Source: Mobula hypostoma
Lineage: Eukaryota
DNA length: 64,000 nt
Assembly: GCF_963921235.1 (NCBI RefSeq)
Contig: NC_086108.1
Span: forward strand, 43,464,001 to 43,528,000
Direction of reading: 5' to 3'
Part shown: positions 37,383-50,509 of the stretch, piece after piece
Position numbering within the stretch: position 1 is the stretch's first letter
How the letters are laid out: the number at the start of each line of letters is the position of its first letter
Program-made: the position numbers and the translations under genes
Notes under the pieces: generated by a model
What the model was told of the DNA's origin: nothing
Seen by the model: the letters and a program-made list of their open reading frames with translations, nothing else
Database searches by the model: none

Positions 37383-38857
37383 TGTGGAATGAGAAGTGGT
37401 AGAGGCAGGAACAATTACAGCATTTAAAAAATAGATTGGACATGTGTATGGATAGAAGAGTTTTAACAGGAAATCAGCCTAAAGGAGGCAAATTAGATAA
37501 GTTTAGTTAGACAACCTGGTCAACGTGAACAAGTAGGGCTAAAGGGCCAATTTCTATGCTGTAGGATTCTAAATGTTTGATGGATGTTTTGGAGGATGTA
37601 TTACATTAATTGAAGAACAACACAACTCAGAGCTACCCAACTTTACGCCAGTTTTCAGCACTCGATCCAGACTCTGCAAGTCACAGCTCTTCAAGTACAC
37701 TCAATATACCCTTTAAATGCAATAAATGTGAATATTTTTCTTCATTGCACCATCCCCTTAACCCGTCTACCAAGGACTAAATAAAAACCCAAGAGACCTA
37801 GATCTAGACCCCTCTACTTGTTTTTTTTTAAAAAAGCTCCTACCTATTTACTCTTCCTGGGCCTGTCAAAACATTTTGTATCTAAATTAAAAACTCCCTA
37901 GGCCATCTGCTTTTCAAAGTAAATGATCCAAATCACTGAACTCTTTCCTCATAGCCCACTCCAAAACAGTTACATTTTTTTCTGTAACGTGTTAACCAGA
38001 ACCACTGCACTTAAAATTTTGTTTAAATAACATCACCTACAGCATAATGTCTTTGCTCATATGATCTGCGCCTCTGCTAACAAAGAAAACTGTGACTCTT
38101 TTGATTGGACTGCTTGTTTGCTGAATTCCACGTGGACAGCATTAAACCATTCTAGTTACCTACTCAAATTTAATTAAGTTTAGTCAATAGGACTTTCATT
38201 ATATACATAATGAGTCTTTCTAAATGAAGGTTTATTACTAAGATTTAAAATTGATTCTAATAACTGTCTAACAAACATTAAAATAGTTGGCCTGTATTAG
38301 TTTGTTTATCCCCTCTTCTAAAATAACATAAAAGCAGCTAAATTAATTAGCTTCTCTTAATGGACCGTCTTAACCCACTCTTAATTTTCTTTCCTTTTTA
38401 TTGTAAAAATATTGACTCCTTTCTAAGATGTGATTAAGTAATTGATACTAGTTTTCTATCCCTTCTCAACCACCTAATAGCTAATCAACTCCTGTGAGGC
38501 TGGATGTTGAGTTTTAATGTCTTATATCATGAACTTTGTCCAGCATCTGTTGTGGATATCCAGTAGAGAATATTGAAGGGACAAGGAACTTTTTCCAAGC
38601 CTTTCTGCTACTTCTCATCCCAATAATTCTATTTAAAGCACTGAAGCTAATTTGCAGCACCACTACCATTCAACCTGGCTGAGTGTTAGCAACTTAGGGT
38701 GGGGGTGGGGGGGGTCAATATTTTGAACTTTGACAGTTTTTTTGTTTGTATAATGGATTGGTGTTGTTGGGGTACTATTAAATGCTTTTAAATGTTTTTG
38801 TAACATTCAAAAGAAATGTAAATATTCTTAGCTGAGGTTTTATTTTTTCTCTTGCAG

Positions 38858-38887
38858 TCACTTCAGTCTGAATATGTTCAGTATTAA
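38858..38887 (+). CDS. CDC14A: CDC14A terminal coding exon (SLQSEYVQY*)
   Basis: Strong acceptor TTTTTTCTCTTGCAG, phase 0. Matches the human C-terminus SLQSEYVHY as recalled. TAA at 38885-38887. Confidence 0.93.
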   Translation, partial: SLQSEYVQY

Positions 38888-40030
38888 AGCATCACTACTC
38901 CGCTGAAAATGGAAAATGCTGTGATTGGAAAAAAGAAGGAAACTGAAGTGAAGACGAACCTCCTTGAGCTGGAAACTAGGGAACCTTTATTTAAATAATT
39001 TGTAAAGGACTAGTAATTGCTGCATTGAAATTGCAATACTTTGGAAATGACTTTTCATGACTACATCATGTATTGAGAGCTGATAAATCAGTATTGCTGA
39101 ACTATAAGTTTCTAGTCAATGACCAATTCTCCATTTTGCTGTGCTGTCATAAACAGCAGTTTGACTAACGCATACTGACAGGTGAAACCTGGCAGCTGAT
39201 TTAGCTGAAATTAGGCAATACCTTAGGTTCTTGTAAAACATCCTGCAAGATCCTAAATAAAAAGTTCAGCCTGGGAATATAATAACCCTCCAGTGCTTAT
39301 GTTTATACAAATGAACCATTTAAAAGGTGCATTATAGCAAGTAACATGTAGAAGTTAATTCTGCACCTCTTCTACAGCCTTAAACAGCATCCCATAGTCG
39401 TAGTGATGGAGAGACTTGGTTTTGCAGTCTTAAAACATGAAAACCATTGAGTCCCAGTATTTGCTATCTCCTGCACTTCCCTATACTCACATTGCACATT
39501 ATCCCCAGTTTTAGCCAAGCTGCTTAAGGGAGCACTTTTATGTCCGTGTGCTCCACCTTTTGATGGTAGAAGTAATGTATTTGTACGTGTGTCCATTGTC
39601 CAGATGACTGCAGCCTTCAGGCTATATCATTAAAACATAACAATCAGAGGTATTCAAATAGCAAGGAGGATGGGGTTTAGGATAAATCTGGACAAAAATT
39701 ATATTGAGAGTTTAATTCATTATTTTTAGAAATGCACCAGAATAAAACAAACCATTGAACTGATTTCTATTAGGTTTGATTTAGCAACTTACTTTCTAAA
39801 GGAGCAAGCTGATAATACAACTCAGACTTTGAATTGTGCACTTATAAAAATCACAAGTGTGTAAATATACAGTTACAAATTTTTCATGTAAGGAACGTTA
39901 ACTGAGATTTATATTTTTGTTCCAAGATCTGTTTTATAAATTTACTTTTTCATATTGATAGTTTGTATAAATATGTATATACAGTATATGGTATCTTAAA
40001 TAAAAATATCATTTGCCCTGTACTTTCCTG
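38888..40030 (+). promoter_or_regulatory. CDC14A: CDC14A 3' UTR with candidate poly(A) signals
   Basis: Repeat-free AT-rich sequence. AATAAA at 39256, 39741 and 39999, the last with upstream TGTA and a downstream GT-rich tract. ATTAAA near 40640 could extend the UTR. Confidence 0.6.
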
Positions 40031-41745
40031 ATGTTCTAATGTAGTGGCATTTGTGTTTTAGTAAACATATCATTCAGGTAATGGTAATATAATTCAAAAT
40101 TAATTTGTCCATTCTGGACTAAGTTTCAAAATATTAAAGCTTTTTGGACAGGTTATTTTTAAGTTATGCCCACATAGGGGGGAAAATTGATTTAGCTTGT
40201 ACAAATAACAAGCGGTGAGACAATTTGGACAGACACAAAAATCAATTTGTTTTTTTTAAGATGGTCATTTGGGAGATTGGGTGGGGACAGGGTAAAACAT
40301 TTGATGTCTAAAAGAGTTTTAAAATTATCTTGTAAATCAACTGGAGCAAATCCTTGTCTGTAGTGTTATTAATACAATAGAGCTAATCTAATATAATTGC
40401 AGTAAAATCATTGATTTGTTTGTTATAGTATACTAGCTCAAATTGTAATGTTTGCTGTTTAAAATGATGGTTGTATATTTCAACAAAATGTAGGCAGCAG
40501 AAATGTATTGTCAAAATTCTACCTCTTGAAAAGAGATTTGAAAAATAGAGCTTGAGGTTCTTGTATTTTCCATGCTCTATGAAGTTTTAAAATTTTTATG
40601 CTAATTTCTTAACCATAGGCCAGTATTTTTAAATACTCAATTAAAGTTCCATTTCAAATATTAAGATATTGTCTGTTTGATTTCACTGCTTTAATTCACA
40701 CTATTCTTCTGGCAACTACAAAATTTCATGATATACAGTGTTTATAAAAAGTATTCATTGCCCCCCCCCCCCAGAAGTTTTCATGTTTTATTGTTTTACA
40801 GCTTTAAATCTGTGAATTTAATTTGGCTTTTCTGATGAACAGAAAAAGACTGTGTGTCAAAGTGAAAACAGATCTCTACAAAGTGATCTAAATTAATTAC
40901 AAATATACAACAAAATAATTGATTGCGTAAGTATTCATCCCCTTTAATATGACACACCAAATCATCACTGGTGCAGCCAATTGGCTTTAGAAGTCACAAC
41001 TGGCTAAATGAAGATCATCTGTGTGCAGTCAGTGTTTCAATTGATTATAGTAAAAATTGATTTAGCTTGTACAAATAACAAGCGGTGGAAGTGTCAAATG
41101 CTGTTGAGTCAGTATTCTAGCAAAAACTACAGAAAAAGGTTATTGGAAATGCACAAGTCAGGAGATGGATACAAGAAAATTTCCAAGTCACTAAATATCC
41201 CTTGGAGTTAAGTCAAATCAAGAAATAGAAAGAATATGGCACAGCTGTAAATATGCCTAGAGCAGGCCATCCTCAAAAACAGTAACGTGCAAGAAGGGAA
41301 CTAGTGAGGGAGGTCACCAAGAGACAGTGATGTCCCTTGGGCAGTTGGCAACGAAAGGAGCAGTTACAAGCTTCAGTGGCTGAGACGGGAGGACTGTGCA
41401 TGCAACAGTTGCCCAGGTGCTTCACCAGTCACAGCTTTATGGGAGAATGGCAAAGAGTAAACCACTGTTGAAAAAAATCTCTCATGAAATCTCAGCTAGA
41501 GTTTGCCAGAAGGCCTACGGGAGACTCAGAAGTCAGTTGAAAGAAGGTTCTATGTTCTGATGAAACCGAAGTTGGGCTTTTTGGCCATCAGACTAAGTGC
41601 TATGTTTGTCGTAAGACAAACTCCACATGTCATCAAAAACATTCCATCCCCACTGTGAAGCATGGTGGTGGCTGCATCGTGCTGTGTGGATGGCTTCACT
41701 GTAGTAGGCCCTGGAAAGCTTGTGAAGGTAGAGGGTAAAATGCAG

Positions 41746-44450
41746 GTGCCAAGGACCTTGGACACCTTCAAAGTGCCGATTGTGCAATCTCCAACTCCAT
41801 CCTTGACCAACAATACCTCAAAGCTGGGATTTTACTTGCTGCTGCTGGAAGTCCTGCCTCCCCCTTCCCCCACCACCACTCAGCAATCTTATGTCTCTTA
41901 GGTCCCACCGGCAGCTCTCGGGTCCTCAGAGAAGCCATCTTCCTCTCACCCCACCTTTCCTGACACCCCAACTCCTCTGACACTACCAACTGCCTTTCCC
42001 CCTCTGATCCCAGCTCTCATCCGTGCTGGGTCTTCACAAACCTCTGACCTTCCTCTCTCTGAGGCAGAATGTTCTGTCCTCAGTAAGGGCTTAACTTTAG
42101 TCCCCCTGCGCCTCAGTGAGTTCCATGTCCGCCATGACACTGAACTCTTCTACCACCGCTTCAGACTCCTGTGCCTACTTCTTTGGCAAGGACTCTCCAC
42201 GCGCACAGATGACCTCTTTGTCCATCTTCTACCCTCTTCCTCTTCCTGGACACTTCGCTCCGGCCTTCTGCCTGCTTTTTTCCCCATTGCCAACTGCTGA
42301 TGGGACATCAACAGTGTTGACTTCACCACTCCTGCTGAACGTACTGCTCTCCACTCTCTCTGCACTAATCCTAAACTCACCATCAAACCTGCAAATAAGT
42401 GGGGGGTGGGGGTACTGTATTAGTCTGGTGGATTGACCACTACCTTGCTGAGGCCCGCAGCAACTTCCTCTTACTTATCCCTCGACCAGGACCCCATTAA
42501 GGAGCAGTAGGCCATTAGATCCCACACCATCACTTACCTTATTAACTCTGAGGATCTCCCATCCACTGCCTCCAGTCTCATAGTTCCCTCACCCCACTCT
42601 TCCCATTTCTACCTTCTACCCAAGATCCACAAACCTGCCTATCCAGGTAGACCCATTGTTTCTGCTTGTTCCTGCTCCATTGAACCTCAGCTCAGTTTTA
42701 TCTCCCCTGGTTCAGTCCCTTCCTACCTACATCTGTGATACTTAATACATTCTGGATCTTTTCAATGACTTCAAGTTTCCTAGTCCTGATCATCTCATTT
42801 TTACTATGGATGTCTGGTCACTATACATCACCAGCCCCCACCAGGAAGGCCTCAAAACTCTGTTTCTTTCTGGACACCAGACCCAACCAGTTCCCCTCCA
42901 CCACCACTCTCCTCCATCTGGCGGAACTTGTCATCTTTCTCAATCATTTCTCCTTCAGCTCCTCCCACTTCCTTCAGACAAAGGTGTATACATGGGCACT
43001 CCTATGGGTCGCAGTTATGCCTGCCTTTTTATCGGCTACATGGAACAGTCTATGTTCCAAGCCTACACTGGTATCACTCCTCAACTTTTCCTATGCTACA
43101 TCGATGACTGCATTGGAAATAATTCCTGCACCCAGGCAGAACTTGTTGACTTCATCAACTTTGCCTCCAAATTCCACCCTGCCTTCAAATTCACCTGGTC
43201 CATTTCCAACACCTCCCTCTCCTTTCTTGATTGCTCTGAAGACAGCTTATCTACTGCTGTCTATTTTAAACCCAGTGATTCAGTTACACCTGGACTATAC
43301 CTCTTACAACCCTGTTACTTGTAAAAATGCCATCGGCTTTTCTCTGTCTCTGCAGCACCTGGTCTCAGGATAAGGCTTTTCATTCCAGAACTAATGAGAT
43401 ATCCTCCTTTAAAGAAAGCAGCTTCCCCTCCTCCACCATCAACACAGCCCTCAACCACAATTCTTCCATTTGGCACACATTTGCCCTTACCCCGTCCTCC
43501 CACCAGCCCACCAGGGATAGGGTTCCTCTTGTCCTCACATAGCACCCCACCAGCCTCCACATCCAGTGCATAATTCTCCATAACTTCTGCCATCTCCAAT
43601 GGGATCTCACCAGCAAGCACATCCTTCCCTCCCCTCACTTTCTGCTTTCCACAAGGATGCCTCCCTATGTAACTCCCTTGTCCGTTCATCCCTTCTCACT
43701 GATCTCCCTCCTGGCACTTATCCTTGCAAGCAGAACAAGTGCTACACCTGCCCCTACACCTCTTCCCTCACTACCATTCTGAACTCCAACCAGTTCTTCC
43801 TGTGAGTCTGTTGAGATCATCTACTGTGCTCTCGGCCTCCTGTTTTTCGGTGAGACCCAAGGTAGACTGGGAGATTGCCTTGCTGAACACCTACGCTCTG
43901 TCCACCAGAAAAAGCAGGATCTCCCAGTACCCACCCATTTTAATTACATTTCCCATTCCCATTCCAACATGTCAGTCCACAGCCCCCTCTTCTGTTGCAA
44001 CGAGGCCACACTCATATTGGAGGAGCAACACCTTATATTCCATCTGAGTAGCCCTCCAAGCTGATGGCATGAACATCAATTTCTCGAACCTCTGATAATG
44101 CCCCCATCTTCTTCACCATTCCCATCTCTCACCTTACCTACCTATTATCTCCCTCTGGTGCTCCTCCCCCTTTTCTTCCTTCCATGGCCCTCTGTCCTTT
44201 ACTATCAGATTCCCCTTCTCCAGCCCTGTATCTCTCACCAATCAACTTCTCAGCTCTTTACTTCACCCCTCCCAATTTCACCTATCACCTTGTGTTGCTT
44301 ACTACCCTCCCCCATCTTCTTAATCTGACTTCTCATCTTTTTCTTTTCTCAAGTGCTGGTGAAGGGTCTTGGACTGAAATGTCAACTGTACATCGTTCCC
44401 CATAGATGCTGCCTGACTTACAGTGTTCCTCCAGCATTCTGTGTGTGTTT
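41746..44450 (+). mobile_element. Penelope-like retroelement (RT + GIY-YIG), frameshifted, nested in Tc1
   Basis: SEAECSVLSKGL, FYLLPKIHK, MDVWSLY, MGTPMG, CYIDD, C-x-C-x2-C linker, pLTR at the 3' end. Confidence 0.88.
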
Positions 44451-44567
44451 ACAGAGCTTGAGCAGGTTTGTAAAGAAGAATAGGGGGGAAATGGCAGTGT
44501 CCAGATGTGTAAAGCTGATAGAGACCTATCCACACAGACCCAAGGCTGTAATTGCTGCCAAAGATGC

Positions 44568-45105
44568 ATCTGGTCACCTCACTACAAGAAGGAAATGGAC
44601 ACTATAGAGAGAGAGCAGAGGAAATTTTCAAGGATGTTGCCTGGATTGGGGAGCATGCCTTATGAGAATAGGTTGAGGTAACTTGGCCTTTTCTCCTTGG
44701 AGTGACGGAGGATGAGAGGTGACCTGACAGAGATGTACAAGATGATGAGAGGCATTGATTGTGTGGATTGTCAGAAGCTTTTTCCCAGGGCTGAAATGGC
44801 TAACACGAGGGGGCATAGTTTTAAGGTCCTTGGAGGTAGATACAAGGGGGATGTCGGAGGTAAGTTGTTGTTGTGTCTTTTTTTTTACACACACACGGAG
44901 TGGTGGGTGCGTGGAATACACTGCCTGCGACAGTGGTAGAGGTGGATACAATAGGGTCTTTAAAGAGACTTAGATAGGTACATGGAGCTCAGAAAAATAG
45001 AGGGCTGTGTGGTAGGGAAATTCTAGGCAGTTTCTAGAGTAGGTTACATGGTCAGCACAACATTGTGGGCTGAAAGGCCTGTAATATGCTGTAAATTCCT
45101 ATGAT
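44568..45105 (+). mobile_element. CR1 3' fragment nested in Tc1
   Basis: MRGDLTEMYKMMRG..TRGHSFKV; interrupts the Tc1 transposase C-terminus. Confidence 0.85.
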
Positions 45106-45439
45106 GATTCTACTAAATACAGATTTGAAGGGAGTGAATACCAATACAATCAATTATTTTGTGTTTTATATTTGTAATTAATTTAGATCACTTTGTGGAG
45201 ATCCGTTTTCCCTTTGACATGAAACAGCCTTTTTCTATTGATCAGTGTAAAAACAAGCCAAATTAAATCCACTGTGATTTAATGTTGTAAAATAATAAAA
45301 CATGAAAACTTCCGGGGTGGGCAGAATACTTTTTATAGGCACTGTAGCTGAGCTGCTGGAGGCCAATATACTATTGGAGTATATTGGAGGTCAATAGAAT
45401 ATTACTATATAATGTCATATACTGAGTCTCTCTTAACTG

Positions 45440-46230
45440 TTTGAGAACCAGAGAGGCCACTGTGTCCTTGATTGTATTTTCACAGAGATTAACAAAGAAG
45501 GTCAATGAGGTTACTGTTGGTTCATCTCTCTGTCAGTAAGGTCTTTGAAAATCCCACATGTGCCCCAAGGGATTAGGCAATTCGGAAAATCAGATCAGAA
45601 GTGAGTTTGGTGACAAGAAGGTGGTGGCCATGGTTAAGGGCTGCTTTGTGATTCTGAGGATTAGTGCTGGCACTTAATTAGAATATGGTAGAAGCTATCA
45701 ATTTAGTAAGTTCATGGAACACCTGAAAATTGGTGGCTGTGTGAGGAGGGTAATCTTTGCCAAGAGAAAGATGATATATATTAAGGTAGGCAGAACAATG
45801 GCAGACTGAATTTAATCCTTTAAAAAAAAGGTGAGGTCTCGCACTTTGGGAGGATTCAACTCCAGCATGTACACGATGAATGACAGGATCCCAGGAAGTA
45901 ATGAGAAAGAGAGGGAACTTGGTAAACATGTCCCCAGATCTATGCAAACAGTAACAGATGGGCAAGGTGGTATAGAAACAAATGCATCAAGATATGGAAT
46001 GAAAGAGCAAAATGGTTATCTTACAACTAAACTTGGTTAAGCTACAGCTGGTGTACTGTGCAGTTCTGATTGCAACACTAAAGGAGAAGTGTGATTACAG
46101 TGGAGAGGTGCAAAGATTTGCAAGGATGTTGCCTGGGACTGAGTGTTTCAGCAAGGAATAACTGGACAGATTGCGTTTGTTCTCCTCGGAGCAGAAAAGA
46201 CTGAAGGAGTACCTGGTTGAAGTATTTAGA
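45440..46230 (+). mobile_element. old CR1 fragment
   Basis: Degenerate YCAVL, VQRFARMLPG-like sequence. Confidence 0.55.
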
Positions 46231-47724
46231 AATGACAGGCAACATTGGGATTGATGAAGGGTCTCGGCCTGAAACGTCAACTGTTTACTCTTTTCCATTG
46301 ATGCCGCCTAGCCCGCTGAGTTCCTTTTGTGTGCGTCAGCAAAGGCAATGTCGTTGTTGAAGTTCATTATCCTGTTTTGTGTTACAGCTCTTGGACACCA
46401 GAAGGCAAGAGTGTTAGAAGATAAACCAGCCAAAGCTTGTGTTCTAGCAGGCAGCAATTACAACCTTCTGCACACCCTTTCCCTGCATGATCATATGATC
46501 CTGAACCTCAGATTACGTATTGCAGGGACCTCTAAGCACTGGGGAGATAAAGCAAGTGTTGCCTCTGTGAAATCCTAAAAAAAAATATCTGTGCCCTCTC
46601 CTGGAGGTGCAAGCCTATTACTGAAGTCCTAATAGCTTGGCCCAGTTTGCAGTTAATGTTGCTGATCACCAAAACTACACTCCATCAAGAAGGCACCTTA
46701 TTGCAATTCTCTCACAGCGAGAGATGATCAGGCAAGGAGAGGAAAATATTCAAGGATGTGCTCAAAGCTTTCTTGAAAATATAAGTGCCCCAGTAGGTAC
46801 ATTACCACTCAAAATGAAGGAGCATTAGGGACACTACTCAGTCCCTCAAGCTTGTGCATCAGGAGTTTGCAAAAGCCCAGCAAAGGCGGTGGAATCCATA
46901 AACTACTCATCCATCCTGTCCCCCTGTGATGGATCTAGTGATCCTATTCCGGTGTCCTGTTATTTCAGAATCTACCAAACTGAAATGGAAACAAGTCCTC
47001 CTCAATTCCATGGGACCACCTGAGGAGAGCATTACCCTACTAAATATTTCTTCATAAACCGAGTATGTACTCATTATAAATATCTCTGCAGAATGAACAA
47101 ACCAAGTTACCATAGAAACTAGTCAAATGTTCATATCTCTCTCTCTCCCCTCTCTCCACACCATCTCCAATGCTTTATCTCTGTTGTTAAACATAGCCAT
47201 CCCTAGCAATAGTTTCCACAAATTCTCTACCCTTCATATTTGTCTTACTGTTTTTGTTGAACATGTAGAACATTCCTCCAATTAAACAAAGAACAAAGCT
47301 AGCTGCCTGGATTTTCCTCAGAAGAGACAGTTGCTTGTTCTGTCTGCCTATATCTTTCATTCTCCCAAATCTACTTCCTTGAGGTTAAGGTCACTGGCCC
47401 TGACCTCCTGGGCAGGAGGACTGAGGCCCTGATCCTCATCATATTTAATGATGGTGTAACATGAGTGAGCCAGAACAAGCCAATCCACAATGTGGAGATC
47501 TTCAGTGGACTTCTGCATGACTCTGACATTCAGAAACATAAGCATGTTTTATTTTAGTCTAATGCTTTAAAATACAAACAATGCAACTTTTGCACAATTA
47601 AAACCCTTAAGCATTATAAAAATAACTTTATCTTTAGAATGTATAATATAATTTATCAAAAGATGATCAGCAAATAAGTTCAGCATCCGTGGAGTGAGAA
47701 CCTGCTAATGTTTCAGGTGAAAAG

Positions 47725-49700
47725 TGATGGTAATACAGCATGGAAACAGGCCTTTTGGTCCAACTTATCCTTGCCCACCATAGCATTCTCCCTGCTAGTT
47801 CCAATTGCCTATGATCAACCCATTGCCCTCCAAGCCCCCCTCCTCTACGTACCTATCCAAATGCATGTTAAACATTACAATTGTACCCACCTTGACCATT
47901 TTCTCGGGCATTTCATTTCAGGTATTCATTGCCATCTATGCAAAAAAGTTACCTCTCCAGTCCCCCTTAAATCTCTCCCCTCCCATCTTATATCAGTGCT
48001 CCTTTTTGGACTCCCCAAGCCTGTGGACTATGGCGGTCCACCTATGATTTTGTAAATTTCTATGAAGTCACCCCACATTCTCCTGCTCTCTAGGGAATAA
48101 AGATCCAACAGTACCAACCCCTGCCTATCACACAGGCCCCCTGGTCCAGCCAGCACCCTCATCTCATAAACCTTTTCTGCACCTTCTTCAGCTTGACAAT
48201 ATCTTTCCTATGACGGTAACTAAAACTGTACTAATACTCCAAATGCAGTTTCGGCAATGACATAGATAATTGCAATATACATCTAAAATTAATGCCCTGA
48301 CTGATGAAGGCCAGCATACTAAATGCATTCTTTAACCCATCTACGTGTACAGCCACGTTCCATGAACTGTGCATTTGTAATCTCACGTCCCTCTGTCCCT
48401 GGACACTCATCAGTACCCTACCATTCAGTTTGTAGGTCCAACCCTAGATTGAATTTGCAAATAGCATTATCTCAAAATCTAATTTCCAATTCTCAGTCCA
48501 CCTCCTTAACTGATCAAGATCTCTTTATAATTTGTTGTAACTTACTTCACCATCAAGACTCCTAATTTGGTATCATCAGCAAACCTACTAATTATGCCAT
48601 GTACATTCATATCAAAATCATTTACATAAATGAAGAGTAACACTGACCCCTGGGGAACCCAACTTTTCAGAAGCCTCCAGTCAGAGAATTGACCTTGAAT
48701 TATCACACTCTGCTTCCCATCATCATGGCAATTCTGAATCTACCTTATTAGCTCCACCTTAATCCCAAACAATGCAACATTCCAGATCAACCTGCCATGC
48801 AGGACCTTTTCAAAGGCCTTAACAAACTCCATATAAATAATATGCAAACATGTATAAATAATATAATGAATAATAATAACATAAATCCTCTTCTTCTAAA
48901 AGCTTACTTACCATAACCTCCCATATGTAAAACCATGTTGACTGTTCCTGATCAGACCTTGACTTTCCAAGTGATGGTAGATCTTATCCCTCCGAATTCT
49001 CTCCAGTAACTTCCCTACAACTTAATTTAGGCTCAAATTTCCTTACCACCTTTCTTGAACAATGAAATGTTAGCCACATTCAGTCTTCTGGAACCTCATC
49101 AGTGGCTACCAATGAAGCAAAGATGGCGCCCCCTTAAGGTCCTGGGCTACACTTGTTCAGGCTCTGGGGATTGCCCAAATTATTGGCCTTAAAGGCTGCA
49201 AATATCTTCTTCCTCGTGATATGCATGTGATCAAATAAATCACTACTTATTACTCTCATTTCTTTAGCATCCATGACATTCTCCTTAGTAAATATCAAGG
49301 AAAAAGACATTAAAAATCTCAGCCAACACCTGCATCTCCTCACACAGGCAGCACTGATGGTCTTCAAAAGGGCCGAGCCTCTCATTGGTTAGTATTTTAC
49401 TGTTAATATTACTGAAGAACCTTTTGGGTTAACCTTTTTCCCTATCTGCCAAATCCATATTCACACCCTCTTTTTGCCCTCCTGATTTCCCTCTTAAGTT
49501 TTAACTTTAACTTATTGAGGGATTCATTCATACCCAGATGCCAAAATATCTTGTACACTTCTTTCTTTTCCTTACCATAATCTCGATATCTCTCGTCTGC
49601 CAGGATTCTCTGAACTTGGTATGTCTACCCTTCACCCTAGCAGTAATATGTTACTCTTTTTAAAAAGTCTCCCTCCTGTCAATAGTCACCCAATCGACCC
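47725..49700 (-). mobile_element. old CR1 ORF2 + 3' UTR
   Basis: Reverse-complement CR1 motifs (KAFEKV, QHGF, FADD region) and 3' UTR-like end. Confidence 0.7.
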
Positions 49701-50068
49701 CAGCTAAATCCTACATAATGCCCTCAATGACTTAGCAGATTTTATTTCAGTTTTCAGAACCTGAAGTATTTTACTTTGGGTACCTAGGTCCTGTTCAGCC
49801 TCAGGAAACACAGTCCGAAAATCATTGGTGCAACTGAGCTGCGAATTCCGAAATTGCACCTGCAAAACGACTGACACTTAGCTGAGAAAAGAAGAACCGC
49901 TGATTGAAGTCAGTGGAAACCAGTCCGGAACTGATTAATACCACCTCCTGGGCCACTTAGCCCACCTTTTCCCATTTGTGGCTAAAATGAATTATGGAAT
50001 CTTGAGCAACACACATCGGAGTTGCTGGTGAACGCAGCAGGCCAGGCAGCATCTCTAGGAAGAGGTAC

Positions 50069-50104
50069 AGTCGACGTTTCAGGCCGAGACCCTTCGTCAG
50101 GACT
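50069..50104 (-). ncRNA. minimal hammerhead motif, antisense copy
   Basis: Reverse complement AGUCCUGACGAAGGGUCUCGGCCUGAAACGUCGACU. Confidence 0.7.
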
Positions 50105-50473
50105 AACTGAAGAAAGAGCTAGTAAGAGATTTGAATGTGGGAGGGGGAGGAGGAGATCCAAAATGATAGGAGAAGACAGGAGGGGGAGGGATGGAGCCAA
50201 CAGCTGGACAGGTGATTGGCAAAAGGGATATGAGAGGATCATGGGACAGGAGGCCCAGGGAGAAGGAAAAGGGGGAGGGGGGGAAAACCCAGAGGATGGG
50301 CAAGGGGTATAGTGAGAGGGACAGAGGGAGAAAAAGGAGAGTGAGAGAAAGAATGTGTGTATATAAATAGATAACGGATGGGGTACGAGGGAGAGGTGGG
50401 GCATTCTCCTATCATTTTGGATCTCCCCCTCCCCCTCCTACTTTCAAATCTCTTACTAACTCTTCCTTCAGTT

Positions 50474-50509
50474 AGTCCTGACGAAGGGTCTCGGCCCGAA
50501 ACGTCGACT
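50474..50509 (+). ncRNA. minimal type-I hammerhead ribozyme motif (Penelope pLTR)
   Basis: AGUC-CUGACGA-A-GGGUCUCGGCCC-GAAAC-GUC-GACU has the intact core plus stems I and II. Confidence 0.75.

Larger units (their letters stand above)
40736..45344 (+). mobile_element. Tc1 DNA transposon with long TIRs (about 210 bp), carrying nested insertions
   Basis: TA-CAGTG...CACTG-TA ends. Remnants HKSGDGYKKISKSLNIP, SDETEV, TVKHGGG and LIETYPHRPKAVIAAK..STKY. Confidence 0.92.

Noticed and set aside
38888..38998. 36-codon open frame after the CDC14A stop (stop-codon read-through)
   Set aside because: TAA-A is not a leaky context, and an open frame of this length can occur by chance.
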